Below are positions 33,201 through 48,290 of a stretch of DNA of 64,000 nucleotides, in pieces. The stretch is from Eledone cirrhosa (lineage: Eukaryota). Every line of letters begins with the position of its first letter. Within the stretch, counting starts at the first letter, position 1. The DNA lies in the NCBI GenBank assembly GCA_964016885.1, contig OZ024742.1, forward strand, positions 13,082,001 to 13,146,000, written 5' to 3'. The notes below the pieces were generated by a model. The model was not told the DNA's origin and ran no database searches. It saw only the letters and a list, made by a program, of their open reading frames with translations. The translations under genes were made by a program, and so were the position numbers.

Positions 33201-36200
33201 ATATTATGATCGTAAGTCTAACACCCTTACCACTAGGCCTCACAACACCTCCACAACACACAACCCAGGAATCAAACCCACGATATTATGATCGTAAGTC
33301 GAACACCCTTACCACTAGGCCTTACCACACCTCCACAACCCAACCTAACCCAGCAATCAAACCCACGATATTATGATCGTAAGTCTAACACCCTTACCAC
33401 TAGGCCACACCACACCTCCACAACACACAACCCAGGAATCAAACCCACGACATTATGATCGTAAGTCGAACACCCTTACCACTAGGCCATACCACACCTC
33501 CACAACACAAAACCCAGGAATCAAACCCACGATATTATGATCGTAAGTCGAACACCCTTACCACTAGTCCCCACCACACCTCCACAACACACAACCCAGG
33601 AATCAAACCCACGAATTTATGATCGTAAGTCCAACACCCTTACCACTAGGCCACCCCACACCTCCACAACACACAACCCAGGAATCAAACCCACGATAAT
33701 ATGATCGTAAGTCCAACACCCTTACCACTAGGCCATACCACACCTCCACAACCCAACCTAACCCAGGAATCAAACTCACGATATTATGATCGTAAGTCCA
33801 ACACCCTTACCACTAGGCCCCACCACACCTCCACGATATTATGATCTTAAGTCCAACACCCTTACCACTAGGTCAAAACCACACCTCCACAACACACAAC
33901 CCAGGAATCAAACCCACGATATTATGATCGTAAGACCAACACCCTTACCACTAGGCCCCACCGCACCTCCACAACACACAACCCAGGAATCAAACCCACG
34001 ATATTATGATCGTAAGTCCAACTCCCTTACCACTAGGCCACACCACACCTCCACAACACACAACCCAGGAATCAAACCCACGATATTATGATCGTAAGTC
34101 CAACTCCCTTACCAGTAGGTCACACCACACCTCCACAACACAACACAACCCAGGAATCAAACCCACGATATTATAATCGTAAGTCCAACACCCTTACCAC
34201 TAGGCCATACCACACCTCCACAACCCAACCTAACCCAGGAATCAAACCCACGATATTATGATCGCAAGTCCAACACCCTTACCACTAGGCCCCACCACAC
34301 CTCCACAACACACAATCCAGGAATGAAACCCACAATATTATGATCGTAAGTCCAACACCCTTACAACTAGGCCCCACCACACCTCCACAACAGACAACCC
34401 AGGAATCAAACCCACGACATTATGATTGTAAGTCGAACAACCTTACCACTAGGTCACACCACACCTCCACAACACACAACCCAGGAATCAAACCCACGAC
34501 ATTATGATCGTAAGTCGAACACCCTTAACACTAGGCCATACCACACCTCCACATCACACAACCCAGGAATCAAACCCACGACATTATGATCGTAAGTCGA
34601 ACACCCTTACCACTAGGCCACACCACACCTCCACAACACACAACCCAGGAAGCAAACCCACGACATTATGATCGTAAGTCGAACACCCTTACCACTAGGC
34701 CATACCACACCTCCACAACACACAACCCAGGAATCAAACCCACGATATTATGATCGTAAGTCCAACACCCTTACCACTAGGCCATACCACACATCCACAA
34801 CACACAACCCAGGAATGAAACCCACGACATTATGATCGTAAGTCGAACACCCTTACCACTAGGCCATACCACACCTCCACAACACACAACACAGGAATCA
34901 AACCCACGATATTATGATCGTAAGTCGAACACCCTTACCACTAGGCCACACCACACCTCCACAACACAACACAATCCAGGAATCAAACCCACGATATTAT
35001 GATCGTAAGTCCAACACCCTTACCACTAGGCCACACCACACCTCCACAACACAACACAACCCAGGAATCAAACCCACGATATTATGATCGTAAGTCCAAC
35101 ACCCTTAACACTACGCCATACCACACCTCCACATCACACAACCCACGAATCAAACCCACGACATTATGATCGTAAGTCGAACACCCTTACCACTAGGCCA
35201 CACCACACCTCCACAACACACAACCCAGGAATCAAACCCACGACATTATGATCGTAGGTCGAACACCCTTACCACTAGGCCATACCACACCTCCACAACA
35301 CACAACCCAGGAATCAAACCCACGATATTATGATCGTAAGTCGAACACCCTTACCACTAGGCCCCACCACACCTCCTCAACACACAACCCAGGAATCAAA
35401 CCCACGATATTATGATCGTAAGTCCAACACCCTTACCACTAGGCCATACCACACATCCACAACACACAACCCAGGAATCAAACCCACGACATTATGATCG
35501 TAAGTCGAACACTCTTACCACTAGGCCATACCACACCTCCACAACACACAACACAGGAATCAAACCCACGATATTATGATCGTAAATCGAACACCCTTAC
35601 CACTAGGCCACACCACACCTCCACAACACAACACAATCCAGGAATCAAACCCGCGATATTATGATCGTAAGTCCAACACCCTTACCACTAGGCCCCACCA
35701 CACCTCCACAACACACAACCCAGGAATCAAACCCACGATATTATGATCGTAAGTCTAACACCCTTACCACTAGGCCTCACAACACCTCCACAACACACAA
35801 CCCAGGAATCAAACCAACGATATTATGATCGTAAGTCGAACACCCTTACCACTAGGCCTTACCACACCTCCACAACCCAACCTAACCCAGCAATCAAACC
35901 CACGATATTATGATCGTAAGTCTAACACCCTTACCACTAGGCCACACCACACCTCCACAACACACAACCCAGGAATCAAACCCACGACATTATGATCGTA
36001 AGTCGAACACCCTTACCACTAGGCCATACCACACCTCCACAACACAAAACCCAGGAATCAAACCCACGATATTATGATCGTAAGTCGAACACCCTTACCA
36101 CTAGTCCCCACCACACCTCCACAACACACAACCCAGGAATCAAACCCACGAATTTATGATCGTAAGTCCAACACCCTTACCACTAGGCCACCCCACACCT

Positions 36201-39200
36201 CCACAACACACAACCCAGGAATCAAACCCACGATAATATGATCGTAAGTCCAACACCCTTACCACTAGGCCATACCACACCTCCACAACCCAACCTAACC
36301 CAGGAATCAAACTCACGATATTATGATCGTAAGTCCAACACCCTTACCACTAGGCCCCACCACACCTCCACGATATTATGATCTTAAGTCCAACACCCTT
36401 ACCACTAGGTCAAAACCACACCTCCACAACACACAACCCAGGAATCAAACCCACGATATTATGATCGTAAGACCAACACCCTTACCACTAGGCCCCACCG
36501 CACCACCACAACACACAACCCAGGAATCAAACCCACGATATTATGATCGTAAGTCCAACACCCTTACCACTAGGTCAAAACCACACCTCCACAACACACA
36601 ACCCAGGAATCAAACCCACGTTATTATGATCGTAAGACCAACACCCTTACCACTAGGCCCCACTGCACCTCCACAACACACAACCCAGGAATCAAACCCA
36701 CGATATTATGATCGTAAGTCCAACTCCCTTACCACTAGGCCACACCACACCTCCACAACACACAACCCAGGAATCAAACCCACGATATTATGATCGTAAG
36801 TCCAACTCCCTTACCACTAGGTCACACCACACCTCCACAACACAACACAACCCAGGAATCAAACCCACGATATTATGATCGTAAGTCCAACACCCTTACC
36901 ACTAGGCCATACCACACCTCCACAACCCAACCTAACCCAGGAATCAAACCGACGATATTATGATCGCAAGTCCAACACCCTTACCACTAGGCCACACCAC
37001 ACCTCCACAACACACAATCCAGGAATGAAACCCACAATATTATGATCGTAAGTCCAACACCCTTACAACTAGGCCCCACCACACCTCCACAACAGACAAC
37101 CCAGGAATCAAACCCACGACATTATGATTGTAAGTCGAACAACCTTACCACTAGGTCACACCACACCTCCACAACACACAACCCAGGAATCAAACCCACG
37201 ACATTATGATCGTAAGTCGAACACCCTTAACACTAGGCCATACCACACCTCCACATCACACAACCCAGGAATCAAACCCACGACATTATGATCGTAAGTC
37301 GAACACCCTTACCACTAGGCCACACCACACCTCCACAACACACAACCCAGGAAGCAAACCCACGATATTATGATCGTAAGTCCAACACCCTTACCACTAG
37401 GCCATACCACACATCCACAACACACAAGCCTGGAATGAAACCCACGACATTATGATCGTAAGTCGAACACCCTTACCACTAGGCCATACCACACCTCCAC
37501 AACACACAACACAGGAATCAAACCCACGATATTATGATCGTAAGTCGAACACCCTTACCACTAGGCCACACCACACCTCCACAACACAACACAATCCAGG
37601 AATCAAACCCACGATATTATGATCGTAAGACCAACACCCTTACGACTAGGCCACACCACACCTCCACAACACAACACAACCCAGGAATCAAACCCACGAT
37701 ATTATGATCGTAAGTCCAACACCCTTAACACTACGCCATACCACACCTCCACAACACACAACCCAGGAATCAAACCCACGATATTATGATCGTAAGTCCA
37801 ACACCCTTAACACTACGCCATACCACACCTCCACAACACACAACCCAGGAATCAAACCCACGATATTATGATCGTAAGTCCAACACCCTTAACACTACGC
37901 CATACCACACCTCCACAACACACAACCCAGGAATCAAACCCACGATATTATGATCGTAAGTCGAACACCCTTACCACTAGGCCCCACCACACCTCCTCAA
38001 CACACAACCCAGGAATCAAACCCACGATATTATGATCGTAAGTCCAACACCCTTACCACTAGGCCATACCACACATCCACAACACACAACCCAGGAATCA
38101 AACCCACGACATTATGATCGTAAGTCGAACACTCTTACCACTAGGCCATACCACACCTCCACAACACACAACACAGGAATCAAACCCACGATATTATGAT
38201 CGTAAATCGAACACCCTTACCACTAGGCCACACCACACCTCCACAACACAACACAATCCAGGAATCAAACCAACGATATTATTATCGTAAGTCCAACACC
38301 CTTACCACTAGGCCACACCACACCTCCACAACACAACACAACCCAGGAATCAAACCCGCGATATTATGATCGTAAGTCCAACACCCTTACCACTAGGCCC
38401 CACCACACCTCCACAACACACAACCCAGGAATCAAACCCACGATATTATGATCGTAAGTCGAACACCCTTACCACTAGGCCATACCACACCTCCACAACA
38501 CACAACACAGGAATCAAACCCACGATATTATGATCGTAAGTCCAACACCCTTACCACTAGGCCCCACCACACCTCCACAACACACAACCCAGGAATCAAA
38601 CCCACGATATTATGATCGTGAGTCGAACACCCTTACCACTAGGCCATACCACACCTCCACAACCCAACCTAACCCAGCAATCAAACCCACGATATTATGA
38701 TCGTAAGTCTAACACCCTTACCACTAGGCCACACCACACCCCCACAACACACAACCCAGGAATCAAACCCACGATATTATGATCGTAAGTCGAACACCCT
38801 TACCACTAGTCCCCACCACACCTCCACAACACACAACCCAGGAATCAAACCCACGAATTTATGATCGTAAGTCCAACACCCTTACCACTAGGCCACACCA
38901 CACCTCCACAACACACAACCCAGGAATCAAACCCACGATATTATGATCGTAAGTCCAACACCCTTACCACTAGGTCACACCACACCTCCACAACACACAA
39001 CCCAGGAATCAAACCCACGATATTATGATCGTAAGTCCAACACCCTTACCACTAGGTCACACCACACCTCCACAACAAAACACAACCCAGGAATCAAACC
39101 CACGATATTATGATCGTAAGACCAACACCCTTACCACTAGGCCCCACCACACTTCCACAACACACAATCCAGGAATCAAACCCACGATATTATGATCGTA

Positions 39201-41200
39201 AGTCCAATACCCTTACCACTAGGCCCCACCACACCTCCACAACACACAATCCAGGAATGAAACCAACAATATTATGATCGTAAGTCCAACACCATTACCA
39301 CTAGGCCATACCACACCTCCACAACACAACACAACCCAGGAATCAAACCAACGATATTATGATCGTAAGTCCAACACCCTTCCACTAGTCCCCACCACAC
39401 CTCCACAACAGACAACCCAGGAATCAAACCCACGACATTATGATTGTAAGTCGAACAACCTTTCCACTAGGTGACACCACACCTCCACAACACACAACCC
39501 AGGAATCAAACCCACGACATTATGATCGTAAGTCTAACACCCTTACCACTAGGCCACACCACACCTCCACAACACACAACCCAGGAATCAAACCCACGAC
39601 ATTATGATCGTAAGTCGAACACCCTTACCACTAGGCCATACCACACCTCCACAACACACAACCCAGGAATCAAACCCACGATATTATGATCGTAAGTCGA
39701 ACACCCTTACCACTAGGCCCCACCACACCTCCTCAACACACAACCCAGGAATCAAACCCACGATATTATGATCGTAAGTCCAACACCCTTACCACTAGGC
39801 CATACCACACATCCACAACACACAACCCAGGAATCAAACCCACGACATTATGATCGTAAGTCGAACACCCTTACCACTAGGCCATACCACACCTCCACAA
39901 CACACAACACAGGAATCAAACCCACGATATTATGATCGTAAGTCGAACACCCTTACCACTAGGCCACACCACACCTCCACAACACAACACGATCCAGGAA
40001 TCAAACCCACGATATTATGATCGTAAGTCCAACACCCTTACCACTAGGCCACACCACACCTCCACAACACAACACAACCCAGGAATCAAACCCACGATAT
40101 TATGATCGTAAGTCCAACACCCTTACCACTACGCCCCACCACACCTCCACAACATACAACCCGGGAATCAAACCCACGATATTATGATCGTAAGTCTAAC
40201 ACCCTTACCACTAGGCCTCACAACACCTCCACAACACACAACCCAGGAATCAAACACACGATATTATGATCGTAAGTCTAACACCCTTACCACTACGCCC
40301 CACCACACCTCCACAACATACAACCCGGGAATCAAACCCACGATATTATGATCGTAAGTCTAACACCCTTACCACTAGGCCACACCACACCTCCACAACA
40401 CACAACCCAGGAATCAAACCCACGACATTATGATCGTAAGTCGAACACCCTCACCACTAGGCCATACCACACCTCCACAACACAAAACCCAGGAATCAAA
40501 CCCACGATATTATGATCGTAAGTCGAACACCCTTACCACTAGTCCCCACCACACCTCCACAACACACAACCCAGGAATCAAACCCACGAATTTATGATCG
40601 TAAGTCGAACACCCTTACCACTAGGCCATACTACACCTCCACAACACACAACCCAGGAATCAAACCCACGACATTACGATCGTAAGTCTAACACCCTTAC
40701 CACTAGGCCATACCACATGTCCACAACACACAACCCAGGAATCAAACCCACGATATTATGATCGTAAGTCCAGCACCATTACCACTAGGCCCCACCACAC
40801 CTCCACAACACAACACAACCCAGGAATCAAACCCACGATATTATGATCGTAAGTCCAACACCCTTACCACTAGGCCACACCACACCTCCACAACACACAC
40901 CCCAGGAATCAAACCCACGATATTATGATCATAAGTCCAACACCCTTACCACTAGGTCACACCACGCCTCCACAACACACAACCCAGGAATCAAACCCAC
41001 GATATTATGATCGTAGGTCCAGCACCATTACCACTAGGCCCCACCACACCTCCACAACACAACACAACCCAGGAATCAAACCCACGATATTATGATCGTA
41101 ACTCCAACACCCTTACCACTAGGCCACACCACACCTCCACAACACACACCCCAGGAATCAAACCCACGATATTATGATCATAAGTCCAACACCCTTACCA

Positions 41201-44200
41201 CTAGGTCACACCACGCCTCCACAACACACAACCCAGGAATCAAACCCACGATATTATGATCGTAAGTCCAACACCCTTACCACTAGGCCACACCACACCT
41301 CCACAACACACACCCCAGGAATCAAACCCACGATATTATGATCATAAGTCCAACACCCTTACCACTAGGTCACACCACACCTCCACAACACACAACCCAG
41401 GAATCAAACCCACGATATAATGATCGTAAGTCCAACACCCTTACCACTAGGCCACACCACACCTCCACAACACACACCCCAGGAATCAAACCCCCGATAT
41501 TATGATCGTAAGTCCAACACCCTTACCACTAGGCCATACCACACCTCCGCAACACACAACCCAGGAATCAAACCCACGATTTTATGATCGTAAGTCGAAC
41601 ACCCTTACCACTAGGCCATACCACACCTCCACAACACACAACCCAGGAATCAAACCCACGACATTATGATCGTAAGTCGAACACCCTTAACACTAGGCCA
41701 TACCACACCTCCACAACACACAACCCAGGAATCAAACCCACGACATTATGATCGTTACTCGAACACCCTTACCACTAGGCCACACCACACCTCCACAACA
41801 CAGAACCCAGGAATCAAACCCACGATATTAGGATCGTAAGTCGAACACCCTTACCACTAGGCCACACCACACCTCCACAACACACAACCCAGGAATCAAA
41901 CCCACGATATTATGATCGTAAGTCGAACACCCTTACCATTAGGCCATACCACACCTCCACAACACACAACCCAGGAATCAAACCCACGATATTATGATCG
42001 TAAGTCGAACACCCTTACCACTAGGCCCCACCACACCTCCACAACACACAACCCAGGAATCAAACCCACGACATTATGATCGTTACTCGAACACCCTTAC
42101 CACTAGGCCACACCACACCTCCACAACACACAACCCAGGAATCAAACCCACGATATTATGATCGTAAGTCGAACACCCTTACCACTAGGGCCCACCACAC
42201 CTCCACAACACACAACCCAGGAATCAAACCCACGATATTATGATCGTAAGTCGAACACCCTTACCACTAGGCCATACCACACCTCCACAACACACAACCC
42301 AGGAATCAAACCCACGACATTATGATCGTAAGTCGAACACCCTTACCACTAGGCCCCACCACACCTCCTCAACACACAACCCAGGAATCAAACCCAGGAT
42401 ATTATGATCGTAAGTCGAACACCCTTACCACTAGGCCCCACCACACCTCCACAACACACAACCCAGGAATCAAACCCACGATATTATGATCGTAAGTCGA
42501 ACACCCTTACCACTAGGCCATACCACACCTCCACAACACACAACCCAGGAATCAAACCCACGACATTATGATCGTAAGTCGAACACCCTTACCACTAGGC
42601 CCCACCACACCTCCTCAACACACAACCCAGGAATCAAACCCAGGATATTATGATCGTAAGTCGAACACCCTTACCACTAGGCCTCACAACACCTCCACAA
42701 CACACAACCCAGGAATCAAACCCACGACATTATGATCGTAAGTCGAACACCCTTACCACTAGGCCCCACCACACCTCCTCAACACACAACCCAGGAATCA
42801 AACCCAGGATATTATGATCGTAAGTCGAACACCCTTACCACTAGGCCCCACCACACCTCCACAACACACAACCCAGGAATCAAACCCACGATATTATGAT
42901 CGTAAGTCGAACACCCTTACCACTAGGCCATACCACACCTCCACAACACACAACCCAGGAATCAAACCCACGACATTATGATCGTAAGTCGAACACCCTT
43001 ACCACTAGGCCCCACCACACCTCCTCAACACACAACCCAGGAATCAAACCCAGGATATTATGATCGTAAGTCGAACACCCTTACCACTAGGTCACACCAC
43101 GCCTCCACAACACACAACCCAGGAATCAAACCCACGATATTATGATCGTAAGTCCAACACCCTTACCACTAGGCCACACCACACCTCCACAACACACACC
43201 CCAGGAATCAAACCCACGATATTATGATCATAAGTCCAACACCCTTACCACTAGGTCACACCACACCTCCACAACACACAACCCAGGAATCAAACCCACG
43301 ATATAATGATCGTAAGTCCAACACCCTTACCACTAGGCCACACCACACCTCCACAACACACACCCCAGGAATCAAACCCCCGATATTATGATCGTAAGTC
43401 CAACACCCTTACCACTAGGCCATACCACACCTCCGCAACACACAACCCAGGAATCAAACCCACGATTTTATGATCGTAAGTCGAACACCCTTACCACTAG
43501 GCCATACCACACCTCCACAACACACAACCCAGGAATCAAACCCACGACATTATGATCGTAAGTCGAACACCCTTAACACTAGGCCATACCACACCTCCAC
43601 AACACACAACCCAGGAATCAAACCCACGACATTATGATCGTTACTCGAACACCCTTACCACTAGGCCACACCACACCTCCACAACACAGAACCCAGGAAT
43701 CAAACCCACGATATTAGGATCGTAAGTCGAACACCCTTACCACTAGGCCACACCACACCTCCACAACACACAACCCAGGAATCAAACCCACGATATTATG
43801 ATCGTAAGTCGAACACCCTTACCATTAGGCCATACCACACCTCCACAACACACAACCCAGGAATCAAACCCACGATATTATGATCGTAAGTCGAACACCC
43901 TTACCACTAGGCCCCACCACACCTCCACAACACACAACCCAGGAATCAAACCCACGACATTATGATCGTTACTCGAACACCCTTACCACTAGGCCACACC
44001 ACACCTCCACAACACACAACCCAGGAATCAAACCCACGATATTATGATCGTAAGTCGAACACCCTTACCACTAGGGCCCACCACACCTCCACAACACACA
44101 ACCCAGGAATCAAACCCACGATATTATGATCGTAAGTCGAACACCCTTACCACTAGGCCATACCACACCTCCACAACACACAACCCAGGAATCAAACCCA

Positions 44201-44970
44201 CGACATTATGATCGTAAGTCGAACACCCTTACCACTAGGCCCCACCACACCTCCTCAACACACAACCCAGGAATCAAACCCAGGATATTATGATCGTAAG
44301 TCGAACACCCTTACCACTAGGCCCCACCACACCTCCACAACACACAACCCAGGAATCAAACCCACGATATTATGATCGTAAGTCGAACACCCTTACCACT
44401 AGGCCATACCACACCTCCACAACACACAACCCAGGAATCAAACCCACGACATTATGATCGTAAGTCGAACACCCTTACCACTAGGCCCCACCACACCTCC
44501 TCAACACACAACCCAGGAATCAAACCCAGGATATTATGATCGTAAGTCGAACACCCTTACCACTAGGCCTCACAACACCTCCACAACACACAACCCAGGA
44601 ATCAAACCCACGACATTATGATCGTAAGTCGAACACCCTTACCACTAGGCCCCACCACACCTCCTCAACACACAACCCAGGAATCAAACCCAGGATATTA
44701 TGATCGTAAGTCGAACACCCTTACCACTAGGCCCCACCACACCTCCACAACACACAACCCAGGAATCAAACCCACGATATTATGATCGTAAGTCGAACAC
44801 CCTTACCACTAGGCCATACCACACCTCCACAACACACAACCCAGGAATCAAACCCACGACATTATGATCGTAAGTCGAACACCCTTACCACTAGGCCCCA
44901 CCACACCTCCTCAACACACAACCCAGGAATCAAACCCAGGATATTATGATCGTAAGTCGAACACCCTTAC
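41201..44970. repeat. Two copies of a 1886-bp (23-monomer) block
   Basis: Private variants (ccacgcctcc, cccccgatat, gttactcg, cagaacccag, taggg) recur at +1886, e.g. 41201/43087 and 41491/43377. Confidence 0.85.
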
Positions 44971-45779
44971 CACTAGGTCACACCACACCTCCACAACACA
45001 CAACCCAGGAATCAAACCCACGACATTATGATCGTAAGTCGAACACCCTTACCACTAGGCCATACCACACCCCCACAACCCAACCTAACCCCGGAATCAA
45101 ACCCACGATATTATGATCGTAAGTCCAACACCCTCACCACTAGGTTACACCACACCTCCACAACCCAACCTATCGAAGGACTCAAACCCACGATATGATC
45201 GTAAGTCGAACACCCTTACCACTAGGCCACACCACACCTCCACAACACAACACAACCCAGGAATCAAACCCACGATATTATGATCGTAAGTCCAACACCC
45301 TTACCACTATGCCCCACCACATCTCCACAACACACAACCCAGGAATCAAACCCACGATATTATGATCGTAAGTCGAACACCCTTACCACTAGGTCACACC
45401 ACACCTCCACAACACACAACCCAGGAATCAAACCCACGACATTATGATCGTAAGTCCAACACCCTTACCACTAGGCCATACCACACCTCCACAACACACA
45501 ACCCAGGAATCAAACCCACGATATTATGATCGTAAGTCCAACACCCTTACCACTAGTCCCCACCACATCTCCACAACACACAACCCAGGAATCAAACCCA
45601 CGACATTATGATCGTAAGTCCAACACCCTTACCACTAGGCCATACCACACCTCCACAACACACAACCCAGGAATCAAACCCACGATATTATGATCGTAAG
45701 TCCAATACCCTTACCACTATGCCCCACCACATCTCCACAACACACAACCCAGGAATCAAACCCACGACATTATGATCGT

Positions 45780-48290
45780 AAGTCCAACACCCTTACCACT
45801 AGGCCATACCACACCTCCACAACACACAACCCAGGAGTCAAACCCACGACACTATGATCGCAAGTCGAACACCCTTACCACTAGGTCGCACCACACCTCC
45901 ACAACACACAACCCAGGAATCAAACCCACGACACTATGATCGCACGTCGAACACCCTTACCACGAGGTCACACCACACCTCCACAACACACAACCCAGGA
46001 ATCAAACCCACGACATTATGATCGTAAGTCCAACACCCTTACCACTAGGCCATACCACACCTCCACAACACACAACCCAGGAATCAAACCCACGATATTA
46101 TGATCGTAAGTCCAACACCCTTACCACTAGGCCCCACCACACCTCCACAACACACAACCCAGGAATCAAACCCCCGATATTAAGATCGTAAGTCGAACAC
46201 CCTTACCACTAGGCCACACCACACCTCCACAACACACAACCCAGGAATCAAACCCCCGATATTATGATCTTAAGTCGAACACCCTTACCACTAGGTCCCA
46301 CCACACCTCCACAACACAACACAACCCAGGAATCAAACCCACGATATTATGATCGTAAGTCCAACTCCCTTACCACTAGGCCACATCACACCTCCACAAC
46401 ACACAACCCAGGAATCAAACCCACGATATTATGATCGTAAGTCCAACTCCCTTACCACTAGGCCACACCACACCTCCACAACACACAACCCAGGAATCAA
46501 ACCCCCGATATTATGATCGTAAGTCCAACACCCTTACCACTAGGCCCCACCACACCTCCACAACACACAACCCAGGAATCAAACCCCCGATATTATGATC
46601 GTAAGTCCAACACCCTTACCACTAGGCCCCACCACACCTCCACAACACACAACCCAGGAATCAAACCCCCGATATTATGATCGTAAGTCCAACACCCATA
46701 CCACTAGGCCCCACCACACCTCCACAACACACAACCCAGGAATCAAACCCCCGATATTATGATCGTAAGTCGAACACCCTTACCACTAGGCCCCACCACA
46801 CTTCCACAACACACAACCCAGGAATCAAACCCCCGATATTATGATCGTAAGTCCAACACCCTTACCACTAGGCCACACGACACCTCCACAACACACAACC
46901 CAGGAATCAAACTCACGACATTATGATCGTAAGTCCAACTCCCTTACCACTAGGCCATACCACATCTCCACAACACACAACCCAGGAATCAAACCCACGA
47001 TATAAATGATCGTAAGTCCAACACCCTTACCACTAGGCCATACCACACCTCCACAACACACAACCCAGGAGTCAAACCCACGACACTATGATCGCAAGTC
47101 GAACACCCTTACCACTAGGTCGCACCACACCTCCACAACACACAACCCAGGAATCAAACCCACGACACTATGATCGCACGTCGAACACCCTTACCACGAG
47201 GTCACACCACACCTCCACAACACACAACCCAGGAATCAAACCCACGACATTATGATCGTAAGTCCAACACCCTTACCACTAGGCCATACCACACCTCCAC
47301 AACACACAACCCAGGAATCAAACCCACGATATTATGATCGTAAGTCCAACACCCTTACCACTAGGCCCCACCACACCTCCACAACACACAACCCAGGAAT
47401 CAAACCCCCGATATTAAGATCGTAAGTCGAACACCCTTACCACTAGGCCACACCACACCTCCACAACACACAACCCAGGAATCAAACCCCCGATATTATG
47501 ATCTTAAGTCGAACACCCTTACCACTAGGCCCCACCACACCTCCACAACACAACACAACCCAGGAATCAAACCCACGATATTATGCTCGTAAGTCCAACT
47601 CCCTTACCACTAGGCCACACCACACCTCCACAACACACAACCCAGGAATCAAACCCACGATATTATGATCGTAAGTCCAACTCCCTTACCACTAGGCCAC
47701 ACCACACCTCCACAACACACAACCCAGGAATCAAACCCCCGATATTATGATCGTAAGTCCAACACCCTTACCACTAGGCCCCACCACACCTCCACAACAC
47801 ACAACCCAGGAATCAAACCCCCGATATTATGATCGTAAGTCCAACACCCTTACCACTAGGCCCCACCACACCTCCACAACACACAACCCAGGAATCAAAC
47901 CCCCGATATTATGATCGTAAGTCCAACACCCTTACCACTAGGCCCCACCACACCTCCACAACACACAACCCAGGAATCAAACCCCCGATATTATGATCGT
48001 AAGTCGAACACCCTTACCACTAGGCCCCACCACACCTCCACAACACACAACCCAGGAATCAAACCCCCGATATTATGATCGTAAGTCCAACACCCTTACC
48101 ACTAGGCCACACCACACCTCCACAACACACAACCCAGGAATCAAACTCACGACATTATGATCGTAAGTCCAACTCCCTTACCACTAGGCCATACCACATC
48201 TCCACAACACACAACCCAGGAATCAAACCCACGATATAAATGATCGTAAGTCCAACACCCTTACCACTAGGCCATACCACACCTCCACAA
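45780..48290. repeat. Two copies of a 1234-bp (15-monomer) block
   Basis: ccaggagtca at 45831/47065 and tataaatgat at 47001/48235. Confidence 0.85.

Noticed and set aside
1704-39689. Dozens of Pro/Thr/His-rich ORFs in the satellite
   Set aside because: They are translations of the 82-bp repeat cycling through frames, open only where indels skip stops. No domain or gene structure.
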